Positions 7,872 through 16,847 of a stretch of 64,000 bases of DNA are shown here, piece after piece. Within the stretch, counting starts at the first letter, position 1. Each line of letters begins with the position of its first letter. The notes below the pieces were generated by a model, which saw nothing but the letters and a program-made list of their open reading frames with translations, had not been told where the DNA came from and searched no databases. The translations under genes were made by a program, and so were the position numbers. Source of the DNA: Bacteroidia bacterium (GTDB taxonomy: Bacteria; Bacteroidota; Bacteroidia; SXHM01); assembly GCA_050186075.1 (NCBI GenBank), contig JBFWYU010000004.1, positions 15,337 to 79,336 on the forward strand. The letters are read 5' to 3'.

Positions 7872-9179
7872 ATGAAATACGCTCAAATTCCCAACAAACT
7901 CTTTATTGAAAACCGCAACCGTTTAGTCCAAAAACTGAAACCAAACTCAGTTGCCATTTTCAATAGCAATGATATTATGCCCACCAATGCCGATGGCACC
8001 ATGGCCTTCCGCCAGAACAGCGATTTGTTTTACCTCAGCGGCATCGACCAGGAAGAAAGCATCCTCATCCTCTTCCCCGATTCATTAAATAAGGACTACC
8101 GTGAAATCCTCTTCGTGCGCGAAACCAACGAGCACATTGCCATTTGGGAAGGCGCAAAACTTACCAAACAACAAGCTACCGAAGTTTCAGGTATAAAAAC
8201 CGTTTTCTGGCTCTCCGAGTTCGAGCGCGTGTTCAACACCGTTATGGCCGAAGCCCAAAACGTTTACCTTAACACCAACGAGCACCTGCGCGCCACCATT
8301 GAAGTAGAAACCCGCGATGCCCGCTTTATTAAAAAGTGTAAAGACCGTTTCCCCTTACATAACTATGAGCGCAGCTTTCCCCTTCTCATGGAACTCCGCT
8401 CCATAAAATCAGAAACCGAAGTAGAACTCATCAAACAAGCCTGCGCCATCACCAAAAAAGGATTTCTGCGCACCCTCAGTTTTGTAAAACCCGGAGTTAT
8501 GGAATACGAAATTGAAGCCGAACTCATCCACGAGTTTGTCCGCAACCGCTCGCGCGGCTTTGCCTACGGACCAATTATAGCCTCGGGCCTCAACTCCTGT
8601 GTGCTTCACTATGTTGAAAATAACCAGCAATGCAAAGACGGTGATATCCTGTTAATGGACGTGGCAGCCGAATACGCCAACTACGCCTCAGACCTTACCC
8701 GTTGCATTCCAGTAAACGGCAAATTTACCGAAAGACAAAAACAGGTTTACAATGCCGTTCTCCGCGTTATGAAAGAAGCAACTTCCATGCTTCGCCCGGG
8801 AATTATCATCAGCGAGTTTAATAAGGAAGTAGGTAAAATAATGGAGAAGGAATTAATCGGTCTTGGCCTGTTCACCGAAAAAGATGTGCGAGACCAGGAC
8901 AAAGACAAACCTCTTTACAAAAAGTATTTCATGCACGGCACCTCACACTTCCTTGGTCTGGATGTTCACGATGTGGGTGATTTCAATAAACCCGTTCAAC
9001 CCGGAATGGTCTTTACCTGCGAACCCGGCATCTACATACCTGCCGAAAAAATAGGCATCCGCTTAGAAAACGATATTTTGGTTACCAGCGGCAATCCCGT
9101 TGACCTCATGGCCGATATTCCTTTGGAAGCAAATGATATTGAAGCCCTGATGGCAGAATCAGTGAAGGTTCTTGTATAA
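7872..9179 (+). CDS. Xaa-Pro aminopeptidase, M24B family (aminopeptidase P-like)
   Basis: N-terminal AMP_N-like region and C-terminal pita-bread fold with metal ligands (DVAAEYANYASDLTR, HGTSHFLGLDVHD, EPGIY). Annotated ORF begins at TTG 7815; first ATG (MKYAQIP) at 7872 preferred. Confidence 0.85.
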   Translation: MKYAQIPNKLFIENRNRLVQKLKPNSVAIFNSNDIMPTNADGTMAFRQNSDLFYLSGIDQEESILILFPDSLNKDYREILFVRETNEHIAIWEGAKLTKQQATEVSGIKTVFWLSEFERVFNTVMAEAQNVYLNTNEHLRATIEVETRDARFIKKCKDRFPLHNYERSFPLLMELRSIKSETEVELIKQACAITKKGFLRTLSFVKPGVMEYEIEAELIHEFVRNRSRGFAYGPIIASGLNSCVLHYVENNQQCKDGDILLMDVAAEYANYASDLTRCIPVNGKFTERQKQVYNAVLRVMKEATSMLRPGIIISEFNKEVGKIMEKELIGLGLFTEKDVRDQDKDKPLYKKYFMHGTSHFLGLDVHDVGDFNKPVQPGMVFTCEPGIYIPAEKIGIRLENDILVTSGNPVDLMADIPLEANDIEALMAESVKVLV

Positions 9180-10016
9180 GTCTTCGCAGTTCTGGTAGCG
9201 GTCGCCTTTGGCATTACGTCCATCGCACCGCCCGAAATAGTATATCAATGAAAAACTTACGTCTATAAAGCTGTCTTTCTGGTCAGGGTTGCCACGCGTT
9301 GCTCTGTTTGCTCTTGCTACACCGCCCGTTGGGTCTGAGTAGTAAACCGTTTCTTCTCCTCTGGGCGAAGTTGCCAAAATATCAGGCGCTAAATAACTTG
9401 TGCTTACATCATCCAAATAGTCAGTAAAAAGAACATGATAGACTGCTTCCAGCTTAACACCCCAGTTGCAATGAAAACGGTAGCGCACACCCAACCCAAC
9501 AGGAATAACCGGCTGCCATAAAGAGTAAGCCTTAGCATAACCGCCTCCCGCAGCATACTGACCCTCGGTGCCTAGCGGCTGCAAAGCCACACCATGCGAA
9601 AGCGGGCTGAAATGAAATACCCCACCACCAACTGTAATATAAGGAACCACACGCCCCGCCCTTTCACGCAATATGTTAAAGGTAATTCGCAACGAAATCT
9701 CATCTATTTTTGAGTAAAAGCCTAAATTGCGCAACTGCATATTCGCTTTTGAAGAATAGGTGTCATCAGCAGCAAGCGAGCCGTGCAGGTAATGCAACTG
9801 CACCCCCCAACGGGTATTAATATCGTAATGAACTCCGGCATTGATGGCGAGCTTAACCGTCTTAAAATCAGGCAGAGCTGTCTCTTTCAGGTCACCTAAA
9901 TAATACATACCTCCTACCCCAACATAAACCGAAAACCGCCCTTGTGGCTTAGCCGTTCCCGCCAGAGCAAGAAGAAAGATAACCGTAAATAGAATTCGTG
10001 AACCGCTGATTTTCAT
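9159..10016 (-). CDS. Outer-membrane beta-barrel protein (signal peptide, aromatic-rich alternating strands)
   Basis: Signal peptide MKISGSRILFTVIFLLALAGTAKPQ; alternating hydrophobic beta-strand pattern; C-terminal aromatic. 21-nt convergent overlap with the aminopeptidase gene. Confidence 0.5.
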   Translation of the reverse strand: MKISGSRILFTVIFLLALAGTAKPQGRFSVYVGVGGMYYLGDLKETALPDFKTVKLAINAGVHYDINTRWGVQLHYLHGSLAADDTYSSKANMQLRNLGFYSKIDEISLRITFNILRERAGRVVPYITVGGGVFHFSPLSHGVALQPLGTEGQYAAGGGYAKAYSLWQPVIPVGLGVRYRFHCNWGVKLEAVYHVLFTDYLDDVSTSYLAPDILATSPRGEETVYYSDPTGGVARANRATRGNPDQKDSFIDVSFSLIYYFGRCDGRNAKGDRYQNCEDLYKNLH

Positions 10017-10143
10017 GTGCTTTTACATATAGAACGTAAGTTGGGGCAAAGTTAGTATGTGGCTGCCAAACTTTTATTTGCTATTAAAATATAAATAAGA
10101 TATGTTTGCACATCAAACTGTTGAAAATTAAACACATTTAACC

Positions 10144-10575
10144 ATGTTCAACTCAGAAAATAAATCTCAGAAGTCAAACAGCGGCTCTGATGTTAACCCC
10201 AATTCAAGCAACCGTATTCTTGCCGGAACTATTATAGAAGGAAGCATTCAAACCGAAGGGCATATCCGCATTGACGGAACGTTGATAGGCTCTATTACCT
10301 GCAAAGGCAAAATAGTAATCGGCTCAACCGGAAAAGTAGAGGGCGATATTAAATGCCAGAATGCCGACATTGAAGGCACTATTAAAGCCAACATTTCGGT
10401 TTCAGAATTGCTTAGTCTTAAATCTACCGCAAAACTTACCGGTGATATATATGCAAATAAATTAGCCATCGAGCCGGGCGCAATGTTTACCGGAAGCTGC
10501 AGCATGGGTGCTATTATAAAAGACATGCAGCATGGAAAATCCGGAGAAGCCCCAAGAACCCAAAAAACAGCTTAA
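10144..10575 (+). CDS. Bactofilin family cytoskeletal protein
   Basis: Beta-helical repeat core GTIIEGSIQTEGHIRIDGTLIGSITCKGKIVIGSTGKVEGDIKCQNADIEGTIKANI...LTGDIYANKLAIEPGAMFTGSC typical of bactofilin/CcmA (DUF583). Confidence 0.8.
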   Translation: MFNSENKSQKSNSGSDVNPNSSNRILAGTIIEGSIQTEGHIRIDGTLIGSITCKGKIVIGSTGKVEGDIKCQNADIEGTIKANISVSELLSLKSTAKLTGDIYANKLAIEPGAMFTGSCSMGAIIKDMQHGKSGEAPRTQKTA

Positions 10576-10759
10576 CGATTACGCCCGCTACTCGGGAATG
10601 GCAGTGCAGATGATTGCCATTATCCTTATTGGTGTATTGGGCGGAATAAAGTTAGACGAGGTTCTTACCCTTAAATTTCCTGTTTTCACGTTAGTGCTTA
10701 CACTGTTGTCTGTTTTTCTTGCTATGTTTTTTGCAATCAGGGATTTTTTGAAGAAGTAA
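10532..10759 (+). CDS. AtpZ/AtpI-like small membrane protein
   Basis: 75 aa, NDYARYSGMAVQMIAIILIGVLGG followed by a second TM; resembles the small AtpZ proteins that precede Bacteroidetes atp operons. No atp genes follow here. Overlaps the bactofilin 3' end by 44 nt. Confidence 0.5.
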   Translation: MENPEKPQEPKKQLNDYARYSGMAVQMIAIILIGVLGGIKLDEVLTLKFPVFTLVLTLLSVFLAMFFAIRDFLKK

Positions 10760-10763
10760 CAAT

Positions 10764-11135
10764 ATGGTAGTCTTTTCCAGAAATCTTATTCTGTTCACAA
10801 TTGCAATTGGCGCGGGCATTTTTGCATGGAATAACTTTATGCCTGTTGAATATGTTTTTTCAAAAGCCTGGTTTGTTCTTGCGCTGTATTTTGTAATAAC
10901 TGCCGCGCTTCACTGGGGCGCAATACAATCAGGAAACAAAGGCGGACAGCAGTTTATCCGCTATTTTCTGGCGGCAACCATGCTCAAACTCTTTCTCCTT
11001 CTCATCATTATCACCCTTTATGTTATGACAAAGCCTGCCGATGCTGTGCATTTCGCAGTTTGCTTTCTTCTACTCTACTTGTTTTACACCGTTTTTGAAA
11101 CCATCCACTTGCTGGATCACTTTAAAAATAAGTAG
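10764..11135 (+). CDS. Hypothetical integral membrane protein (4 predicted TM)
   Basis: 123 aa, hydrophobic throughout; 4-nt gap from the previous gene. Confidence 0.45.
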   Translation: MVVFSRNLILFTIAIGAGIFAWNNFMPVEYVFSKAWFVLALYFVITAALHWGAIQSGNKGGQQFIRYFLAATMLKLFLLLIIITLYVMTKPADAVHFAVCFLLLYLFYTVFETIHLLDHFKNK

Positions 11136-11547
11136 TTCCGTTTTACACAATCTCTCAACATCTTGTGAACATAATGAAGTAGAATTTCTGCGCAGAAATC
11201 TCTCTTTACTGTCGATTAATTCAGGTTTAATAAATCGCTGAAACCCTCACTACTAAAAGGGTTATCGATGTGCGCCAAATGCAGTATTACCGCAATGTTA
11301 AAAACTTTGCACGATTGTTTAAAACTATGAATCGAATCCTAAAAAAAATTATCCAAAATTTGCTGCAACGAAAATCGAAGCAATTACACCCCGTAATTTC
11401 TTCATTTCCAAAAAATCGGTAGATTGTCTGTGAAAAGCAGACTTTAAGCGGCAAATCGCGCTATAAAGTTTGAGTAAGAATCTTTTCGCTCTTTTTTCAG
11501 GCAAAATACCGCAGAAAATAAAAATTTACCTAGTAAAAACAACATAT

Positions 11548-12582
11548 ATGGAACCACAAACACAAAAAAAAGAGCAAGTAAACATTTCAGAAGTTTTACC
11601 GGCAAATACATCACTTCCGGTAGAACCGATTTTAGTTGAAAATACTGACCGTTTTGTGTTGTTTCCTATCAAGCATAATGACATCTGGAATTTTTACAAA
11701 AAAGCTGAAGCCAGTTTCTGGACTGCAGAGGAAATTGACCTTTCGCAAGACACTGTTGATTGGGAAAATAAACTGAACGATGACGAGCGCCACTTCATTA
11801 AACACGTTCTTGCTTTCTTCGCAGCAAGCGATGGAATTGTAAATGAAAATCTGGCTATCAATTTTTTAAATGAAGTACAATACCCGGAAGCTCGCTGCTT
11901 CTATGGGTTTCAGGTGATGATGGAAAACATTCACTCTGAAACCTATTCATTATTAATTGACACTTACATAAAAGATACAGCAGAAAAAAATCATCTATTC
12001 AAAGCAATTGATACTCTTCCCTGCGTAAAGAAAAAAGCAGAGTGGGCTGTCCGCTGGATTAACAAAGGATCTTTTGCAGAACGATTGGTTGCTTTTGCTG
12101 CCGTAGAAGGAATTTTCTTTTCAGGCAGTTTCTGCTCTATCTTCTGGTTGAAGAAACGAGGATTGATGCCCGGCCTGAGTTTTTCAAACGAATTGATTTC
12201 ACGTGACGAAGGTTTGCACTGCGATTTTGCCTGCCTGCTTTACAGCCAATTGGTAAATAAACTTTCTGAAGAAAGCGTGAAAGAAATTATTGCCAACGCA
12301 GTGGAATACGAAAAAGAATTTGTGAGCGATGCACTGCCGGTAAAACTGATTGGTATGAATGCAGAGCTGATGTGTCAATACATTGAATTTTGTGCCGACA
12401 GGTTATTGTTGGCTCTTGGAGTAAACAAAATTTACAACGCAAAAAATCCTTTCGACTTTATGGAAATGATTTCGTTGCAAGGCAAAACAAATTTTTTTGA
12501 GAAACGTGTTAGCGAATATCAGAAATCAGGAGTAATGAGCAGCACATCAGAACAACAGTTTAGCCTCGATGAGGATTTTTAA
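11548..12582 (+). CDS. nrdB: Ribonucleoside-diphosphate reductase beta subunit (class Ia R2)
   Basis: Diiron/tyrosyl radical protein motifs ([46 protein letters not shown]). Start taken at ATG 11548 (MEPQTQ...); an in-frame ATG at 11470 is an alternative. Confidence 0.9.
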   Translation: MEPQTQKKEQVNISEVLPANTSLPVEPILVENTDRFVLFPIKHNDIWNFYKKAEASFWTAEEIDLSQDTVDWENKLNDDERHFIKHVLAFFAASDGIVNENLAINFLNEVQYPEARCFYGFQVMMENIHSETYSLLIDTYIKDTAEKNHLFKAIDTLPCVKKKAEWAVRWINKGSFAERLVAFAAVEGIFFSGSFCSIFWLKKRGLMPGLSFSNELISRDEGLHCDFACLLYSQLVNKLSEESVKEIIANAVEYEKEFVSDALPVKLIGMNAELMCQYIEFCADRLLLALGVNKIYNAKNPFDFMEMISLQGKTNFFEKRVSEYQKSGVMSSTSEQQFSLDEDF

Positions 12583-12643
12583 GTTCTACACACTTGGATT
12601 TAGAGATACAAATACACAACACTAACGACAAAACCTTTACCCC

Positions 12644-15016
12644 ATGTATGTAATAAAACGAGACGGCAGACGCGAGTCAATCAAATTTGACAAAATCACC
12701 GCGCGCATTCAAAAGCTTTGCTACGGCTTAAATCCTATCGTTGACCCGGTTCCGGTGGCAATGAAAGTTATCAAAGGAATTTACGAAGGCGTTACAACAA
12801 TTGAATTAGATAACCTTGCTGCCGAAGTGGCTGCATCGTTCACTATCAAGCATCCTGATTATGCGTTGTTAGCTTCTCGCATTGCGGTTAGCAATCTTCA
12901 TAAAATCACCAATAAATCGTTTTCAGGAACAATGAAATCATTGTACGAGTATGTTGATCCTGTAACAGGTGAAAATGCTTCGTTGCTTGCAAATGATGTT
13001 TACGAAATCATTGAAAAAAATGCCGAACTTTTAGATTCAACAATTATTTACGACCGCGATTTCGGTTATGATTATTTCGGCTTCAAAACACTGGAACGCT
13101 CGTATCTATTGAAAATAGACGGAAGAATTGCAGAACGTCCGCAACACATGTTGATGCGTGTGGCTGTCGGAATTCATAAAGACGACATTAATTCAGCAAT
13201 TGAAACTTATAACCTGATGAGTGAGCGTTGGTTTACCCACGCAACACCAACACTTTTCAATGCAGGAACACCAAAACCGCAAATGTCGAGTTGCTTTTTA
13301 CTGACAATGAAAGACGACAGCATTGACGGTATTTATGACACATTAAAACAATGTGCTAAAATTTCGCAGTCAGCTGGTGGAATTGGATTAAGCATTAATA
13401 ATATTCGTGCAACAGGCTCATACATTAAAGGCACCAATGGCACCTCTAACGGAATTGTGCCTATGCTGCGCGTATTCAATGACACCGCGCGTTATGTTGA
13501 TCAAGGAGGAGGCAAGCGCAAAGGTTCATTTGCAATTTATTTAGAGCCCTGGCATGCCGATGTTTTTGATTTTCTTGAATTAAAAAAGAATCACGGAAAA
13601 GAAGAAAACCGCGCACGTGATTTATTCTTCGCGCTATGGGTTCCTGATTTGTTTATGAAACGGGTGGAAGAAAATGGAGATTGGTCATTATTCTGCCCGA
13701 ATGAAGCTCCGGGACTTGCTGACACCTATGGTGAAGAATTTGAAGCCTTATATTTCAAATACGAGAAAGAAGGCAAAATGCGCAAAACAATTAAAGCGCA
13801 GGAATTGTGGTTCGCCATTTTAGAATCGCAAACCGAAACAGGCACACCTTACATGCTTTATAAAGATGCCTGCAACAAAAAATCGAATCAGAAAAACCTC
13901 GGAACAATTAAAAGCAGTAACCTCTGCACCGAAATTATTGAATACACCTCACCTGAAGAAGTTGCGGTTTGTAATCTTGCTTCTATTGCATTGCCTCATT
14001 TTATAATTGATGGTCAATTCGACCACCAAAAACTATTTGAGGTTACTTACGTGATTACTAAAAATCTGAACAAAATTATCGACAGGAATTTTTATCCTGT
14101 TGAAGAAGCACGCAGAAGCAATATGCGTCACCGTCCGATTGGTATTGGTGTTCAGGGATTGGCAGATGCTTTCATTCTACTTCGTATGCCTTTCGATTCA
14201 AATGAAGCGAAAAAGCTGAACAAAGAAATTCACGAAACAATTTACTATGCTTCCATGACTGCATCCAAAGACCTTGCAAAGGTTGACGGACCTTACGAAA
14301 GCTACGAAGGATCTCCTGTTTCGCAAGGTATCTTCCAGTTTGACATGTGGGGCGTGACACCTTCCAACCGTTGGGAATGGGATATTTTGAAAGATGAAGT
14401 GAAAAAACATGGAGTAAGAAACTCATTATTACTTGCGCCAATGCCAACAGCTTCTACTTCTCAAATACTTGGCAACAACGAGTGCTTTGAGCCCTACACT
14501 TCCAACATTTACACACGCAGAGTACTGTCGGGTGAATTTATAGTGGTGAACAAACACTTGCTGAAAGACCTTGTAAACCTTGGCTTATGGAATGACGGTT
14601 TGAAAAACGATCTTATAGCTGCCAATGGTTCAGTTCAAAACCTTGATGTAATACCTCAAAACATAAAAGACCTTTACAAAACGGTTTGGGAAATAAAACA
14701 GAAAGACCTAATTGATATGGCTGCTGACCGTGGAGCGTACATTTGCCAAAGCCAATCGTTAAATCTTTTCGTTCAAAATCCGAACTTCGGCAAACTGACT
14801 TCTATGCATTTCTACGCTTGGAAAAAAGGATTGAAAACAGGAATGTATTACCTGCGTACCAAAGCTGCAACTGATGCAATTAAATTCACAGTTGAGAAAC
14901 AAGCTGCAGTTCAACCTGAAGTACAACAGATAGCACCTAAATCTGTTGAAGAACAACAAGCAGCAATTGCATGCTCGCTGGATAACCCTGAAGGTTGCGA
15001 AGCTTGTGGCAGCTAA
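12644..15016 (+). CDS. nrdA: Ribonucleoside-diphosphate reductase alpha subunit (class Ia R1) with N-terminal ATP-cone
   Basis: ATP-cone [20 protein letters not shown], catalytic region (SSCFLL, NLCTEI), C-terminal redox tail ...CEACGS. Confidence 0.95.
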   Translation: MYVIKRDGRRESIKFDKITARIQKLCYGLNPIVDPVPVAMKVIKGIYEGVTTIELDNLAAEVAASFTIKHPDYALLASRIAVSNLHKITNKSFSGTMKSLYEYVDPVTGENASLLANDVYEIIEKNAELLDSTIIYDRDFGYDYFGFKTLERSYLLKIDGRIAERPQHMLMRVAVGIHKDDINSAIETYNLMSERWFTHATPTLFNAGTPKPQMSSCFLLTMKDDSIDGIYDTLKQCAKISQSAGGIGLSINNIRATGSYIKGTNGTSNGIVPMLRVFNDTARYVDQGGGKRKGSFAIYLEPWHADVFDFLELKKNHGKEENRARDLFFALWVPDLFMKRVEENGDWSLFCPNEAPGLADTYGEEFEALYFKYEKEGKMRKTIKAQELWFAILESQTETGTPYMLYKDACNKKSNQKNLGTIKSSNLCTEIIEYTSPEEVAVCNLASIALPHFIIDGQFDHQKLFEVTYVITKNLNKIIDRNFYPVEEARRSNMRHRPIGIGVQGLADAFILLRMPFDSNEAKKLNKEIHETIYYASMTASKDLAKVDGPYESYEGSPVSQGIFQFDMWGVTPSNRWEWDILKDEVKKHGVRNSLLLAPMPTASTSQILGNNECFEPYTSNIYTRRVLSGEFIVVNKHLLKDLVNLGLWNDGLKNDLIAANGSVQNLDVIPQNIKDLYKTVWEIKQKDLIDMAADRGAYICQSQSLNLFVQNPNFGKLTSMHFYAWKKGLKTGMYYLRTKAATDAIKFTVEKQAAVQPEVQQIAPKSVEEQQAAIACSLDNPEGCEACGS

Positions 15017-15042
15017 ATATTGAAACATTCATAAAAGAAAAA

Positions 15043-15065
15043 GCCAGACGCGAGTCTGGCTTTTT
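15043..15065. terminator. Bidirectional rho-independent terminator
   Basis: gccagac-gcga-gtctggc 7-bp stem followed by ttttt and preceded by an A-run; lies between convergent nrdA and 15088..16146. Confidence 0.7.
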
Positions 15066-15087
15066 CTTTTATGATAGTCAAACAGAA

Positions 15088-16146
15088 TTATCTCTGATAA
15101 ATCATATTTTCCAATAGTAACGCCAGTCGGTGCGCCTCACACTTGTACTTTAAGTGCACAAAAGAATTCCCAGCTAATGAGTAGCTAATTTCACTTTCAA
15201 AAGCAGTTAATAACCCTGCATGAAAGAATGACCAACGTTGGGCTTCTCCCTTCAAAATAGAAAGAATTGGGACAGAACTTCCAAGCCTAACTAATGAAGT
15301 TGAAAGAATAATCCTATTCATTTCGTTCTCTTCCTTTTCAAAAAGCATTATGAGGTCTGAGATTACTTTCAGTTTTATTTCACTCAATCCCGGAACTTCA
15401 AATTTCTCTAGTAAACGTGCTACATGATATAGAATAACTGAAGCAGACGGATATGAATGCGAAGCATAAAACGGCTTTTCCAGGTATTGCTTTTTTTCAA
15501 TCACAGAACGTATAAAGAAAATAGAATCGTGATCATGTTGATTTAATTCCAACTTATTCTGAAAAACAAAATAGAGAATATTGCACAGCACACAAACATC
15601 AAACTCAATAAACATATTCTTTCCAAAAAAAGTGGAATAAGCTTTTAGGTTCTTGTATTCGGGAAAAGTATTAGTGACCTGTTTTTTGCTGAGATTAGTG
15701 TGTTGTGCTAACTTTTCTTTCAACCAAAGAGCCTTTTCATGGCTTGGGTTTGAAGTGAGGTAAATCAGTGAGGTGTCATCTGCATCATCCGGTATTCTTA
15801 CTTTATTGATTCGCGATAGAATATTACCGTTAGGAAAATGCGGTGAACCATCTGTTCTCCAGAAATTATAAGTATCAAGGCTATCTTTGTTTTTATAATC
15901 AGGATAATTAGCAACAGCTTTTATGCAAATTTCATCCACAAATTTTTGTTCTTCGCGGGGTAATTTCTCTCTCAGATTTTGAAGAATGAAAACAATACTT
16001 GCCGTAAAAAAAATGTTATTGTCTTCGCGCTCAAAAGGCAAATGAAGATGAAAGCGCTGAGAAGGAAAGAGCCCGCGCGCATAGTATTTATCTCCCTTTG
16101 ACTGAAGTTCTGAAATTTTTAGAAGCAGTTCTGAAGAAGAAATCAA
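15088..16146 (-). CDS. Hypothetical protein (no recognisable domain)
   Basis: 352 aa ORF; 4-nt overlap with the upstream cobB-like gene suggests an operon. Only available start is TTG at 16146, so the N-terminus is uncertain. Confidence 0.4.
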   Translation of the reverse strand: MISSSELLLKISELQSKGDKYYARGLFPSQRFHLHLPFEREDNNIFFTASIVFILQNLREKLPREEQKFVDEICIKAVANYPDYKNKDSLDTYNFWRTDGSPHFPNGNILSRINKVRIPDDADDTSLIYLTSNPSHEKALWLKEKLAQHTNLSKKQVTNTFPEYKNLKAYSTFFGKNMFIEFDVCVLCNILYFVFQNKLELNQHDHDSIFFIRSVIEKKQYLEKPFYASHSYPSASVILYHVARLLEKFEVPGLSEIKLKVISDLIMLFEKEENEMNRIILSTSLVRLGSSVPILSILKGEAQRWSFFHAGLLTAFESEISYSLAGNSFVHLKYKCEAHRLALLLENMIYQR

Positions 16147-16838
16147 ACGGAAAATTCTTTAATAAGTTTTTTAGCCAAGTCGGGTATACCTTTACCTGCC
16201 GTATCCTTTATTATTCGGATATCACTGAAGTTATAAACCAAATCAGGATTCGGGTCAATATAAAACTTAGGAATATCTGCAGGAGCATAATCAAGCAGGT
16301 TTGCTGCGGGATAAACATTGAGTGAAGTTCCTGCCACAATAAACACATCAGCTTGCTGAACTAATTCTATTGCATTATCCATTTCGGGAACAGACTCGCC
16401 AAACCAAACGATATGCGGACGAAGCTGATAACCTTTTTCGCAACGTTCACCCATTTTTAATTCCCAACCTTTGATGTTGTAAATTAAGTTTGGATAGACA
16501 GAACTGCGTGCTTTTTTTATTTCACCATGCAAATGCAATACTTTTTTTGAGCCTGCACGCTCATGCAGATCATCAATATTCTGCGTGATAACATACACAT
16601 CAAAATGTTGTTGCAACTCTGCAATAGCCATGTGTCCTGCGTTAGGTTGGGCTGCTAATGCCTGTTTTCTGCGTTGGTTGTAAAACTCCTGAACTAATGC
16701 CGGGTTCTTTGCCCAGGCTTGGGGTGTAGCAACGTCTTCAATTTTATATTCTTCCCACAAACCACCGCTGTCGCGAAATGTTTTGATACCACTTTCAGCG
16801 CTTATCCCTGCACCTGTAAAAACCACTAATCTTTTCAT
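16143..16838 (-). CDS. cobB: NAD-dependent protein deacylase, Sir2 family (CobB-like; lacks the Cys4 zinc ribbon)
   Basis: VVFTGAGISAESGIKTFRDSGGLWEEY, TQNIDDLHERAG, LHLHGE catalytic His; only one Cys, so no zinc-binding module. Confidence 0.8.
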   Translation of the reverse strand: MKRLVVFTGAGISAESGIKTFRDSGGLWEEYKIEDVATPQAWAKNPALVQEFYNQRRKQALAAQPNAGHMAIAELQQHFDVYVITQNIDDLHERAGSKKVLHLHGEIKKARSSVYPNLIYNIKGWELKMGERCEKGYQLRPHIVWFGESVPEMDNAIELVQQADVFIVAGTSLNVYPAANLLDYAPADIPKFYIDPNPDLVYNFSDIRIIKDTAGKGIPDLAKKLIKEFSV

Positions 16839-16847
16839 CCACCAAAT

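Noticed and set aside
9159-9179. 21-nt convergent overlap between the aminopeptidase and outer-membrane barrel genes
   Set aside because: Convergent stop-region overlaps are common and need no special mechanism; not a regulatory feature by itself.
11136-11547. NrdR operator boxes upstream of nrdB
   Set aside because: I found no tandem 16-bp acaCwAtATaTwgtgt palindromes. The only inverted repeat has a long spacer and poor match.
16143-16838. Sir2 gene as a defence-system NADase (Thoeris/DSR-like)
   Set aside because: The sequence carries the full canonical CobB deacylase motif set and is of housekeeping size. Retained only as a low-interest note because of the unknown coupled partner.
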